A DNA stretch of 63,121 bases, the filler included, from Cercozoa sp. M6MM (Eukaryota; Protista; Endomyxa: Ascetosporea): NCBI GenBank assembly GCA_040357565.1. It is 6 parts of 6 records of this genome, joined end to end, with 100 filler letters (N's around TTAATTAATTAA, not from the genome) between each part and the next. Parts side by side here need not be neighbours in the genome. Positions count along the whole stretch, not along the records: positions 45,138 to 55,864 come from JBDODJ010000428.1; positions 55,965 to 60,282 come from JBDODJ010001174.1; 4 more parts are not named here. One strand, given 5' to 3'. The notes beneath the pieces are model-generated. The model saw only the letters and a list, made by a program, of their open reading frames with translations. It did not search any database and was not told the DNA's origin. A program made the position numbers and the translations under genes. Below are positions 47,759-60,382 of the stretch, one piece after another. Every line of letters starts with the position of its first letter. Within the stretch, counting starts at the first letter, position 1.

Positions 47759-49159
47759 CTAGCGAGAGCGCTGCTGTTGCAGGAAACGCATGGTCATTTC
47801 GTAGCTGGCCAGAATGACGCCGTTGCTGGGCAGTGCGCGCACCAGCGTCACACCGAGTCCGCGGTAGAAACTCCGCACGCCGCCTGGGAGAGAGAGGGTA
47901 GGGATAAGGGGTAAGGGGTAAGGGGTAAGAAGTGTAGGGGGTGGGGGCAAACCTGTGCGATAGAGCTGGTGAGCCGCACTGAGAAACGAGTGTTGTTGCA
48001 GACTGCCCTGCTGTACCGACTTTATCGTGTCGGCCTGTACACACGAGTATTTACTTTCTTCATCTTCCTTTTACTCTCTCCTGTTACCGGGAAGGTGAGC
48101 AGCCAGTAGGCACAGCCAGCCATGGAGCCAGCCAGCATGAGCGGCAGCATGCCGAGTTCCTCGTCCGCGTGGACCTGCTGCACTGCACAGGGGAACTTTA
48201 TCCCCCTGCTTTTATTCCTCAATGTGCAAAGGTACAGTAGCACGCCGATTCGTAGGCGAGAAAGTACGCGGCACCGCCAGGACACTCCTGTGCACATGCA
48301 GTGTATTAGCCCGTCCCCCCACTCCCTGTACCCTCCCCCAGTACCCGTAGGAAGGTAGCGCCGATGCCACGCGTGAAGGCGCGAGTGCCTTCGGTGCGAG
48401 CCATGTGTGCAGCACAGTGCCAGGCACTCTGGTAGTGCCGCGTGGTGGCAGCAGCTTGCAGTCGCACTTTGACCGACTCGACTGGACACAGCCACAGCGT
48501 GGTCGAAACGCCACTGGCAGCGCCTGCCACTGCGACGTTGCACCAGTGCTGATAGCCTGTAACTCCCTGAGATCCAGAGTCTCTTTGACAGACTCTTTGG
48601 CTCCTTTCGCTCCCCCTCGATTCCATCGCCTTGCGAACGCTGCCGTAAGTTGCGAAAACCAGCGAGTTCTCCACAATGCCGCCCTGTGTCGACAGTCATG
48701 ACTACCTTTTATCCCTGCCACGTTTAACACAAGGTACCAACAGAGGCGCCGGCAGACCGCGGAACAGAGCGCTTGGTCCTTCGGTCGTTACCTAACAGTA
48801 TGGAGGTAAAGAGAGGGCCAGCGGGGTAAGGACTGACTCGCACCAAATCACGCAAGCTGCGCAGCGCCGATTTTTGCGCATCAGTCTGCTGCCGCACTTT
48901 CAGCGTCTGCCCAAGGAGGAGGAAGGAAAGCGTTCGAAAAAAAGAGCGAGGAAAGAGAGTAAATCGTAAAGAATCGGGGAATGAGCTCAACGCAGTCTCC
49001 AGCAGAAGCTTCTTACATCAAAAGGATACTCGATCGTCTTCGACAAGAGTCCAGCCACGGCACCTGCTTTCACGCACGCACACAAGTACAAACGCACAGA
49101 TACAGCACCTTGCGGTGCTAGAGCAACCCACCAGCCACAGTGTCGTCAACAGAGGACAT
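47759..49159 (-). CDS. Mitochondrial carrier (SLC25), ornithine/carnitine carrier-like
   Basis: Three Px[DE]xxK signatures (YPFD|TLKVR, CPVESVKVR, FP|ADTIKS), plus ENSLVFATY, RECPG and FYRGLGVTLVRALPSN. Confidence 0.92.
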
Positions 49160-49468
49160 GCCGGAGAAACGCTACTGTCTGACTTGTTTACACCCGAGGT
49201 AAGCGCGATCACTCTAACGTTACTGCGGCACTATCACGTATACAAAAGCATACCGAAAAAGCAACTCACAGCCTGCTAAATGAGCTTCCAGCCTGGAAGA
49301 AATGAGCTGTTGGGGACGACAACTTGGCCGTTTTTGACGAAATGATTCTTCGGCAGAAATTGTACGGTAGAGATTGTAAGATTGTGCTAAAACAGGAAAA
49401 CACTAGCGCAGGAGGTTGCGCACGCAGTGTCGATCGGCGTTGAAGGCCCAGGTGGGCAGATCGCGAAG

Positions 49469-50318
49469 TCACAGTTCCTTCTTCTCGGGAGCGGCGGCGT
49501 CGGCAGCGGCCGTGGCGCCCAGCTCGCCCGAGTCGGTGATGGTGACCGCCTGCGACGGACGGCCACTGCGCGAGCCGACAGCTTCGATGGCATCGACGAC
49601 GCTTTGACCCTCGACGACCTCGCCAAACACGACGTGCTTGCCGTTGAGCCAGGCTGCCAAAGAGGGTAGATCGGGGGGGGGGGGGGGTAAGAGGGGGGTA
49701 CGAGTCAGCGCAGTCGTGATGAAGAACTGCGAGCCGTTGGTGTTCGGACCAGCATTGGCCATCGAGAGCAGGTACTTCTTGTCGTGCGAGTACTTGAAGT
49801 TCTCGTCCTCGAACTTGCTTCCGTAGATCGATTCGCCACCCATGCCATTGCTGACCGAATGGGAAGGGAATACTCAGGGGAGGGGGTAAAGGTAAGGAAA
49901 AGACCTACCCACGCGTAAAGTCACCGCCCTGGATCATGAACTGCGGAATCACGCGGTGGAACGTGCTGCCCTGCAAAACGAAACACACACATCAGTACTT
50001 TACCCCCTCCCCATACCCCCTATGCCCCATACCCCTATGTACCTTGTAGTGCAGCGGCTTGCCCGACAAGCCAACGCCCTTCTCGCCCGTGCAGAGAGCG
50101 CGGAAGTTCTCCGCCGTCTTCGGAACGTCGTTCGAGTAGAGACCCATCACGATGCGACCGGCTGGCTTATCCTGTCCGCGCGGAAGTTGTACAGTATGAC
50201 CCGAGTATTACACCCAAGTCAAGATAAGTTGTACGCCAATCGAGACGTCGAAGTAAACCTTCGTCGTCACTTGAGCCAGCACGGCGCCCATCAGCGCCGC
50301 CAGAAGCAGAACGAACAT
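49469..50318 (-). CDS. Secretory-pathway cyclophilin (PPIase) with signal peptide and KKEL tail
   Basis: [15 protein letters not shown] signal peptide, then [66 protein letters not shown] and PEKKEL*. Confidence 0.96.
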
Positions 50319-50572
50319 GTTTTGTGTGTTTGCGCTGCAAAGTTAAAAGAAACAGATCGAAACTTCACCCAAAACCTTGCAAAACTACAGGGTTTTAAAT
50401 CAGCAATCCGTGGAAGTGACAAGATGAACACACCAGAACGAGGCAACAGAGCACGAAGCGTTCTCGGTGGCAGAGCAAAGTTGGACTTTTTATTAGTCAC
50501 CAGTAGCCACGAGCAAACATCCATCCGAAAAACAGCGAGCAACGCACTGCCAAACTGTGCACACGTTTAGTT

Positions 50573-51234
50573 ATGTCATTATCTTCTTTGGTAGGGCGTA
50601 AACCGTTAACTTGTGTGGCGTTTTTTCAACGATGTCGTGTGCTGGAATATGCAGGTGAGCGAGCACCGGCGACAGCGCGAGACGCGCAAGGAACAAGAGA
50701 CCGCTCGTCTGGAAAGATCAGTAGCGGTGCGTTTCTCGGAGGAGATTTTTGACTAGTTTGACTGATTTCGGTTGTGGCAGGCAAGCGTCGATGCTTTGTC
50801 CAAGTCACTGGTCGGTGAAATGAACGAAACTGTCGCAGATGTGAGTTTTCGTAGCTTTGCCACCCGAAAGTTTATTTTTTCGAATGATTTGTGGTATTTT
50901 GCGTTTCAGGCTTTCGTTCGGCAACGTCGCGTGGAACGCAGCGCAACGAAGCTGTGTTCCTCGCTGAGCACTTTCTCTAGCGATGCCGAGAAGTGGCTCA
51001 AACTGTACGACGACTTCAACGGCGCTTTGCTTGTGCGTTTCTTGTGATTTTCGTTTTTTCTTTTAAGTTGTGACTGCTGTGTTATGTCTGCAGGAGCTGG
51101 GTGACGCGCAGAACTGGGCCAGAGGCATCAATACGCACCTCACTAGAATACTTGAAGTACTCCAAGAGGCCGACCCGAGCCACCTGGTTGGTGTCACGGA
51201 GAGCTCGTCCGGCGAAGCCTCCTCACAGGCTTAG
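50573..51234 (+). CDS. BLOC1S1: BLOC-1 subunit 1 (GCN5L1)
   Basis: Spliced MSLSSL|VSEHRRQ...MNETVAD|AFVRQRRVE...WLKLYDDFNGALL|ELGDAQNWARGI matches the family motif FNxALKExGDxxNWA. Confidence 0.88.
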
Positions 51235-52532
51235 ACTTAGACTTCCTGATCTTCGTATTTTGGCCGCATGATCTTCTGTATCCGCGCGGAAGCCATTTCA
51301 AGACTTACAAAATTTAAGACTGACAAAAAACCTCAAGAGAGGTGTGGAAGTCTTTGACGTTTGTTCGCTGGGAATCTTTAAGAGCTTTGTAGCTGAACTC
51401 CAAGAAGGGCTCTCTCGACCAGAGGCCCTTCTTCCTTCTCCCTTCTTCTCTTAACTTCATGCCAACTCAATCGAATAAAAACATCTGACGGGTGACTTTC
51501 CCGTCCACCAGCGCTTAATCGCCCACCACCGTCGAGGTTATTCACTCTTTTCGTACTCTTTCGTACTGACACTTGGTCACTCTCCCTCCAAGAACAAACT
51601 CACGTTCTTAGTTTTTTGTGTCACGCGCAAAGTACCCTCAATTTAAAATTTACCACGGCCTAATTCCTATCTGAGAGGGCTGCGGTAACACGGCTCGGCT
51701 ACTACAGTCGAGTCAGTTCGTGTTAGTTAGTTAGTTAGTTACCCCGAGAACAATAAAAAAACAACTTTGTGATTACTAATATTTCTAGTTGCCGCCAAGA
51801 CCCGAATGACAGCATCGCGAAATGGAGGCCGCTCGTGTGACCGTGGCGAGGCACGTGTACGCGACCGCCTTCTCGCTGCGGCGGACGCTAAATTTAGTAT
51901 AAATAAATTACTACTTCAGTCTCCTCAGAAATCTTATGTACGGTAGTTCCTCTGCATCAGTTCCGGGGATCATCCAAGTCCCCTTTTGTAAAGGTCTCCT
52001 GGAACTCTCCTACCGAATTAAGCACGCACGGACGAATTGGGCCACATTCTTTATCGTAGCTGGCTTTCTCCGCCCATGCTACCACTCCGTATGACATGAA
52101 GGTGCATACCATAAATTGCCAATTTTCGCGGGTTTGCTCAGTTCCTTTGACTCACCACTGGCATGTGTCCGCCTGTAAGAATATCTTGTGTCGATGTGCA
52201 AGCTGGTGAAGGCTCAGGCACTTGCAGGGAGCTCTCCTCGACTAAAGGGAAGCCCCTTGGAAGTTGCCTCTGTTTCTTCGACTATCTTCGCGCAGGCATT
52301 CAAAAACTAACACGACTTAAACTGCGACGCCTTAAATATGCAGATCGACAAAAACAAAAACAAAACAAAAACAAAAGCAAAAACAAAACAAAAAAACAAA
52401 AAACAAAAACAAAAACTGAAAGAAACCGCCACGACGCCAAAACGCGACAAAAGCAACACTTACAGCTTGACTGTTAAGGACGGAAGCTGCACAAGTGTAT
52501 AAAATCTGGAATAGCAGCCAATCAATCGGAAG

Positions 52533-53818
52533 ATGGGCGATCGAGGGAAAGTGATGCTGCGAGTCGCGTTTCTGGTTGTGCTCATCGCGGTGATCACTCT
52601 GGTCAGCGTGTTTCACAAGGAAGTCGGCGACACGCTGAAGGAATTTCTGGATGTAAAACTTACCTGAAAGAGAAGAGACACGACTTTAAATTGAGAGTTT
52701 TCTTCAGTGGGTGCGCGACGCCGGCGCGCTCGGGCCATTTGTCTTCTTTTTAGTCTATATTGTCGGAACAGTGCTGTTCCTGCCGGGTCTAATTTTGACC
52801 TGCGGTGCCGGCTTTGTGTTCTCCAAGGTACATGGGAGTACAAAGAAACATGATACATATTTTGCATCATCCCAATTCGAAGGCCTTTGGGTTTGGCATT
52901 GGTTTTGTGGTCTCAGTCGTCGTAGTGTACGTTAGTTTAGTGGTTTTGAATGTGTTTTAGTGTCGGAAACTGCAGTTGGTGCGGTGCAACAGTCGGAGCG
53001 TGTTTGGCGTTTCTCCTCGGACGGTATGTGTTTCGTGAGCGCGTTGCTCAGTACGCGGAAGGGCACGCCAAGTTCGCAGGTGACTATTGCCTTTGAGAGT
53101 TGCAGTCTGAGTTAATGCCCGGTGTGTGCAGCACTGGAAGCAGTGATGAACGAAGAGGGACGCAAAATGGTGTTTTTGCTGCGTTTGTCGCCGCTGGTGC
53201 CGTTCAACTTTTTCAACTACGCCGCCGGTCTCACCAGTGTCAAGTTCCGCGACTACGCCGTGGCCTCGTACTTTACCCTCCCCTTTTAACCCCTTTACCT
53301 TTTTCCCCTTTTTTATACCCTTCCTTTTTTATACCATTGTTTATACCCCTTTTTTATACCCTTTTTATACCCTTTTTTATACCCTTTTTTCTACCCTTTT
53401 TTATACCCTGTTTAAAAACCCCTTTTAAAACCCCTTTTAAAATCCTTTTTTTAAACCCTTTTTTATTAAATCCCGCAGTCTCGGCATGATCCCGGGTACG
53501 ATGGCGTACTGCGGTGTCGGTGCCACTCTGGGTTCCTTGACCGACGTCGGCAATGTTGGACTCTTTAGCGGCGGTCCTTGGGTCATTGTTCTTGTGGGTA
53601 CACTTCTGCCTTTTCCCCCAGCATTGACTATATATGTTCACGATATTCTACCAGTGCTGGGAACACTACTGGCCGTGCTGGCTGTGGTTTACATTTCGCG
53701 TCTCGCGCGGCGTCGCATCAACCAGGCACTCGTGCGCAGCGCCGATGAAGTCGACAATCACCCTGACTCGATCGAGCACAGTGTACAAGACCTCCGCGCG
53801 GACGGGTCAAACCAATGA
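52533..53818 (+). CDS. TVP38/TMEM64 (VTT/DedA, SNARE-associated Golgi) membrane protein
   Basis: LFLPGLILTCGAGFVF, GATVGACLAFLLGRY, FLLRLSPLVPFNFFNY and GMIPGT. Confidence 0.93.
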
Positions 53819-54313
53819 CTACTGCAAGTGTTGTAGCGTCTTCGCAACTCTTAGCAGTCAATCCCAGTACTGTAGAGTACTATAGTTGCTAAGTGCTGGA
53901 TTGTTACTGACGGTTGTCATTGAAAAGAACTAAATAAAAGAAGTAAGTCGTCAATTAGACGAAGCGAGGGAATCAATGATTCAATTAGTAGAAGCGAAGT
54001 GAAGAATTACCCCAATTGGGTTCTTACGTCAAACTATAGTACGGAGTTGTAGACGGAAACTTCCGTCACAGGGGAAAATCGTGAGAAGATTTAAAAAAAC
54101 CCCTTCTCTCAGCTGATGCCAAGTAGATGAGGGTTTCTCTTTGCCAACTGGCAGGCTCAATCGCAGAGCCACAAACTCTTAACTCTTCTTTCTCTTTTAC
54201 TTCAATGATGGGAGACCAACTGGTCTGTCGGAGCCTGCATAATCTGAGTCAGTCTGTAACAGGATAAATGATCGGGACCGCGACAGTTAAATAATCACTC
54301 ATGGAGTCACGCG

Positions 54314-54570
54314 CTAATGCCCGTGATCGACAATGTCGGGCGTGTGCAGCACCTCGGGAGCAGCGTCACTGTGTTGCATCCAACTCAGGAAGCCGTTCCA
54401 CAGGACTGCACAGTTCCATCTCAACTCAAAACAAATGCGAGACTTCAGCAATGCAAAGAAAGCTCACCTGAAACCGACTGAATCACCACGACGCGAAAGT
54501 TCGGCGGAATGAGCATAAAGTTCGCAAACTGCACACTTAGTTTTGGCCCGGATCGCAACAAAAAACAAAA

Positions 54571-54628
<58 letters not shown>

Positions 54629-55443
54629 ACTGACCTGCACAAGCGACCAAAAACACCAGTCGACTTTCAAAGTCGGCCAGAACTTGTCCTGAGTACACCA
54701 GCACGCTGTGACACCACCCGAGACACACTAAAAAGGGGACTGGGAAGAACCTGAGCCCGTTCGACGCCGGCGTCGTGCGACTTGAATTCGAGTCGTGTCA
54801 TGCCGTAGTAAAAGGCCACAGTGGCGATCGGCGCAAACACGCCCTACCACATTTGCAAACCAAAGTTTCCTTAAAGAGAAGGCGTAAAGGCAAGAAAGCA
54901 CACCTCATCAGCGACAACTTTGGCGGCGGCCTGACGTGACTTTGACACACCCACCATCCGCGTCAGCCAGGCCGTGAATCGCGCCGTGTCCAGTACTTTG
55001 GCGTACCACACGTGACATAGCGGCCCACACACCAGCGCACCGTACAACTGGAGGATTCAGTCACAGTCAGTAAAACGAAAACCGATCAAAACCGATCAGG
55101 AAAAATACGAGCATGCGAGTGAGACGCTGCCAGTCGAGTCCGATGTCAGTGTCACGATCGTGGAACACACTGGTCTCGAGCCACTGGCACAGCGCGTCGC
55201 CCACGACGTACATGAGACCGCTGGTGCCGACATTCCACAGGAATGGTCTCTCAACTGCACAGGCACTCAACGACTCACCATACTCGGACCATATCAGACA
55301 GACAGGGTACCCGACAGCCTCGTGGCGCCTGCCTTGATTGACTGCCACGGAGAAACGCTGCGTTTCGGTGTCGCCGAGAAGAAACGCAACTGCGCTCGCG
55401 ATTGCGCAGCACGAAATATCGCAGACTGTATCCTGGAGCCCAT
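54314..55443 (-). CDS. Mpv17/PMP22 family protein with probable mitochondrial transit peptide
   Basis: GDALCQ, DWQRLTRM, GPLCHVWY, KVVADE|GVFAP, WCFWSLVQ|FANFMLIP and LWNGFLSW. The N-terminus is rich in Arg, Ser and Ala. Confidence 0.92.
54574..54621. repeat. (GA)n microsatellite, intronic
   Basis: Direct reading of the sequence. Confidence 0.95.
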
Positions 55444-55639
55444 AAGAGCACCAATTTCACTATACCGGCGTTGAAATCACACCAGCTGCCAAATACACAC
55501 GTTGAGCAGTCCGATCTAACGCAGCAGAAAAAGCGGAGCGCTGGATGAATAAAAAAGAGCCGTAGCAGGGAGGTTAGCTCGCGTTAGGGCACAGTAGAAA
55601 AACTAAAACGAATTGAAACTATAAGTTAGAGTAGAGTAA

Positions 55640-55864
55640 TTATCGTTTGCGGCCGCGCCAGAAGGAAGCAAAGGCAGTGGTGACGGCGGCCAGTCGATTG
55701 CGCGGCGACGGTGTCTGCGGCGGTGTCTCCACAGCGACCGACGGTGACTCCACTGACTGGACGGTATCATCTGCGATCACTGCTGCCTCACCGTGCCGAT
55801 CAACACGGCCGACCAGCAGAGACACCGGCGACGGTGCCAGCATCGGCGCCACTCGCCAGTCCGA
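55640..55864 (-). CDS. C-terminal fragment of an unknown protein
   Basis: GC-rich ORF running from the contig edge to TAA at 55640. Confidence 0.45.
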   Translation of the reverse strand, partial: SDWRVAPMLAPSPVSLLVGRVDRHGEAAVIADDTVQSVESPSVAVETPPQTPSPRNRLAAVTTAFASFWRGRKR

Positions 55865-55964
55865 NNNNNNNNNNNNNNNNNNNNNNNNNNNNNNNNNNNN
55901 NNNNNNNNTTAATTAATTAANNNNNNNNNNNNNNNNNNNNNNNNNNNNNNNNNNNNNNNNNNNN
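55865..55964. other. Artificial contig spacer
   Basis: N44-TTAATTAATTAA-N44. Confidence 0.99.
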
Positions 55965-56050
55965 GGGATCAAGGGGGTCAAAGGGGTCAAAGGGGGTCAA
56001 AGGGGTCAAGGGAAGTTAAAGGGGTCAAGGGGGGTCAAAGGGGTCAAGGA
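55965..56050. repeat. Intronic tandem repeat, about 9-10 bp unit AAGGGGTCA
   Basis: Direct reading of the sequence. Confidence 0.85.
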
Positions 56051-56065
56051 GGGGGGGGGTAATAC

Positions 56066-56536
56066 CTCCGACGGCGCACACGAGCGTGTCGCGCCCGCAG
56101 CCCAGTTTGAGCATTTCCTACGACTCGTTAAAGTTAAGGGAGCAAGCAGAACAAATTAAGGGAGCAAGTAGAATGATTAAAGGAGCGAACAGAATGTTAA
56201 GGGAGCGAGTTAAGGTGCTTAAGGAAGTGGACATACTCCCTCGAGCCAAGCCTTGTGCTGCCGCGTCTTCAGCGACTCGCCGCTGCCCGGCAGCACCAGC
56301 AGGTGCACGTGCGCGCCTTCTGCTCGCTGCCTCAGTGTCTGCAAAACGACACCATTTCGCACCGTTACTTTACCATATATACCTCGGGGGGGGGGGGTTA
56401 CCTCGTACAAGGCATGTGCGTGCAGTGTATCGACATTGCGATCCGTGATCAGCACGATGCGAGCACTCTTTCGCTCCGCCGCTGTGCGCAAGATTGTGCT
56501 AGCAGCCGTTTCGTCTTGAGAGGATACTAGCCGCAT
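56066..56536 (-). CDS. 3-dehydroquinate synthase N-terminus (AroB or the first AROM domain), 3'-truncated
   Basis: IVLITDRNV...LLVLPGSGESLKTRQHKAWLEG|EMLKLGCGRDTLVCAVGG follows the DHQS pattern ITDxNV, GExxK, RD...xGGG. Confidence 0.8.
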
Positions 56537-56686
56537 CTAAAACATCAAGTAAGCACACTGATTTTGCGACCGGCAAACAACTCAGTTTCGTGAAGGGCGC
56601 GTTTTTTCGCTTCCGACGTTCGCAGTTGCAGATTATGTTATCGTTCGCTTTAAATAAACCAACACTAAGTAGGCACGTGGCTGGAG

Positions 56687-59505
56687 CTACTGGTGCTCCT
56701 TCACAATGTGATTGGACCGCTCGGGGCGCTTGCGTGGCATGTTCTTGGTGTGCCGTCGCACTCTCTCCTCCTTGATGCGCGCGTTCTTGCTGGCCAAGTG
56801 CTTGGCCTGCTGCTGCTTCTTGATCGCCTTGGGCAAATGCTGCTCAAACGAAGTGTGACTTGATCACCACAAAATTAGAAGACAAAATCGTTACGCGATG
56901 TCTCGCAATACGTCGAACCTCGTCGACCTGAATTGTCCAACAACAGTCATCACTAAAAAGGTCGACAGATATCAGAGCACGTCTACCTGCATGTATCGCT
57001 TCTTAAGCTGCTCGTGGTATTCGTGCTTTTCGCGTTCTCTCTGCAAGGTGTCGGTAAATGTGATGCGGACGGCTCAAAAACAAAAGAAAAACAGAAGAAA
57101 AAACGTACCTGTGACAGCACACCGCGCTGCTGGGCAGCGTTGGACTTCCAAATTCGCAGATTAGCATCGTCACTGCCACTGAGGACGTACTTGGAGTCCT
57201 GAGCACGATTTTTTGGCAATGTGTGGGCTTTTCGCTTTTTGTGTCGTATTTTGTGTTTTTGGGGTTTTTGTTGGAGAAACAAAAAGTTTGCACCTGCGAA
57301 AAGCGCACGGCGAAGACGCGCTGCATTCGTTGCGTGTGGAACACGTCCTGAAGGAATGGAACACACACACACATAGGAACACACACACACACACACCCAC
57401 ACACCCACACACCCACAGACATTGGGTGAGACAACATGACAGAAACAGTGCATGAAAGGAAGAGAAAAGTACGCGTGAGTGGCCGTTTCGCGCATCAAAA
57501 ATTCGCACAGTGCGGTCGTAGCTACCTGTGTTAGTTTGTGTTAGTACACAGTATCAAATGCGAGAGATTAAGACACTGCACCTGTGACAAACTCGCGTCC
57601 AGTGGGTGAGTAGTCGATCGACAGAACGGCGTTGACATGGTCCTGTTCACATGCATACAGACGCACAGACAGAAAGCGAGTACAAGCTACCTTGTGCACG
57701 TTGAGTGCTCTGTTCAGCTTGCGCATGTCGAAAGTGTAGGCTCGGTGGTCCTGTTGCAAGGGTGTGAGCAAGAGTCAGGAAGGGAATGCAGCAAGGGAAG
57801 GAATGAAGTAAGGGAAGCAATGAAAGAAGAGAAGCAAGGGAAGGAAGGGAAGGAAGGAAGGAAGGGAATGAAGTAAGGGAAGGAAGGGAAGGAAGGAAGG
57901 AAAGGAAGGAAGGAAGGAAGGGAAGGAAGAAAGGGAAGAAGGAAGGAAGGGGAAGAAAGACACCTCGCAGGCCACCGAGAAGTTGAAAGCCTCGCGCGGA
58001 TTCCAGCACAGGTCGTTGCTCTGCATGCGCAGCGTCACCTTGCGCAACGCGCTGCGCTGCCGCGTGTCATACAAGACGATGGACCGGTCGGCGCCCACCT
58101 GTCCACCCAGACACACACACACACACGCACATGATACCGGAGCCGACATGACAGGCGAGCCGAGTGTACCGAGGCCAGCACGCTGTGTTGCACGCGATTG
58201 AAGCGCACGTTGCGCACCGTGTCGATGCCCCAACTAAGTCACGCACACAGTCTCTCAGTACCACAGTCTCTCAGTCTGATGAAAGTGTATCATGAAAGCT
58301 ACGTGAAGGAATGCACTGGCGTCGATCGATTCAGATCCCACAGACTCACTTGCTCACCTACAGAGCAAACACATCGCAGCCTTAATTAGCCCCTCAGCCT
58401 TAACAACTATCCACACCCTTAACAAAAGATCGGACAGCAACGCACCAGAGGTGGCGAACACGTGCGAGCCAGTGTCCCAGGTGTAGTCGACTTCCGTCAG
58501 CTGCGACTGCGTCTCGTAGCTGTGCAGTGCGTCCACTTCCTGCCAGTTGGGAAGAAGGAGAGTAAGAGAGAGTAGGCAAGGAACAGGGGGGGAGCAGAGG
58601 CAAAAGAACCCTGCCACGGCCGACGCCGTGCTCGGTGACGCCGAGGTGGTCGACCTCGCGATCGAGTGCCCAGGCGTGGATGCTGCCGTCCTGGCCAACC
58701 GTGACGGCCACCTTGCCGTTGCGGTCCACCGTGACACCGCGCACCAGTGACGAGTGCGCACGCGTACGCCACAGCAGTTCTCGGTCTGTGCAGGGGACGG
58801 GCAAGCATAAGGGCCACACCTCAAGGGAATGCCAACAACACGGCACTAGCACTAGGGTGTTCAAGTACTCTTGAGATGCCAGCAGATGACCTCGCCGTCG
58901 GCGGCTCCCGTCACGGCGTAGCCCAGAGAGCCTATACCATGTACGCACCACGTACATCATACTATCGTACATCATACTATACATGTATCTCATAAAGATC
59001 TACCATATATACTATATACCATAATACAAACAGACTGTACAAATGTACAGAGTGTCAAAATAAAGGTGTACCCGGCACAGTGGTCATGCTGGTGATGCCA
59101 TCTTCGTGTGCATCAAGCGCCGCTACAAAAGGCTTGGCGAAGACCTGCACAGACACAATATGTCCTGGGGTGGGGGAGGGGGCACACTGGCAGCACACTG
59201 AGCAGCCTGCTTTACCTTGTCCAGCTTCGTCGCCGCCAGTGCGCGTGTGTACTCGCGCGCACGCTCGAACTGGTGCAACTCTGCACATTGCAGAAGAGAA
59301 AACGTGTCCAAATATCGCATCCTCAGCACAGTCAGATCGGATCGCAGGCCTACCTGGCGCATAGTTGCGCTGAACCTTGTGCACTTCCTGCCGCACAGCA
59401 AGCAACCCATCACAGGCAACACACACGCAAGACAAACCAACAGTGTACCAGCTTGTTCTGTCGTTGGTAATCGCGGTCATTGCGCGAAATGGTTTTAACC
59501 TTCAT
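56687..59505 (-). CDS. DCAF13: SOF1/DCAF13 WD40 SSU-processome protein (17 introns by my reconstruction)
   Basis: MKVKTISR, LHQFERAREYTRALAATKLDK|VFAKPF, WNPREAFNF, DYSPTGREFVT|GSYDRTVRIF, HTQRMQRVF, SGSDDANLRIWK and RIARHR|HLPK. Confidence 0.97.
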
Positions 59506-59764
59506 GGGCGAGTGCGTGCGTCTACCAGAGTACCGAACATCATTTTCCGTCACATTCACTATTCTGTTTAGTGCAACTAACCCACAGTCGCTAACGCTCT
59601 AGACCACTGCTACGCAACACAGCTACGCGCGATTCAAACCACTTAACCAATCAGTCTTGAGCCAAGGCATGAGCCGGTGTCCTGATCCCGAAACCCTGTT
59701 GCTTCGAGTGATCATTCTGCAGCCTGTATTAGAGGCCTCACTGACGCTAACCCCGACCAAAAAC

Positions 59765-60282
59765 ATGGGAATGTTTAAGGAGGATGAGTTGCGCCGCAAT
59801 TCGGACGTAAGTCGTCTATCGATGATCTTGTGAGAATAAAGCCTTTTGTATTCATTGCGATGTTGATACAGGGCGGCTCCTGGTGGAGTGAGTTCTATAG
59901 TGATGCCGTTGCTCTTATTCGACGCTCATTCGGCACAAAGCCCGGAACGTACTCTCTCGAATATAGCGTGCGCGCAGCGATCCAGATGGATGAGGCTGCA
60001 GACGCAGCGATTGCGAAGCATGACTTGGTGACTGGGGCAATGTTCAAGCTGCGCGTGGTATTGTTGTTGGCGCATCACATCAAGAAACACCCGGACCGAC
60101 GCCTGAACGATGCAGTGGCGCGGAAGGTTACCCCACTTGAGAGAAACAGTCCAGTGAAGACTCCCATTAACTGGTTTGTACTGGGTCAGGCACGCACACT
60201 GCTGGACGATCTCGAGTTTCGAGTGGACGAAGTTGAGTCACTTAAGGAGACACTCAAGGTCGCTTGTGTTACCCCCCCCCCC
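59765..60282 (+). CDS. N-terminus with USP8-dimerisation/AMSH MIT-like domain, 3'-truncated
   Basis: SLEYSVRAAIQMDEAA...DLVTGAMFKLRVVLLLAHHIKKHPD...VESLKETLK resembles the AMSH/USP8 N-terminal helices. Confidence 0.5.
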
Positions 60283-60382
60283 NNNNNNNNNNNNNNNNNN
60301 NNNNNNNNNNNNNNNNNNNNNNNNNNTTAATTAATTAANNNNNNNNNNNNNNNNNNNNNNNNNNNNNNNNNNNNNNNNNNNN
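60283..60382. other. Artificial contig spacer
   Basis: N44-TTAATTAATTAA-N44. Confidence 0.99.

Noticed and set aside
49018-49030. GTATCCTTTT on the minus strand as a U12 donor
   Set aside because: It is coding sequence (E-Y-P-F-D of the carrier signature). The real donor is the following GTAAGA.
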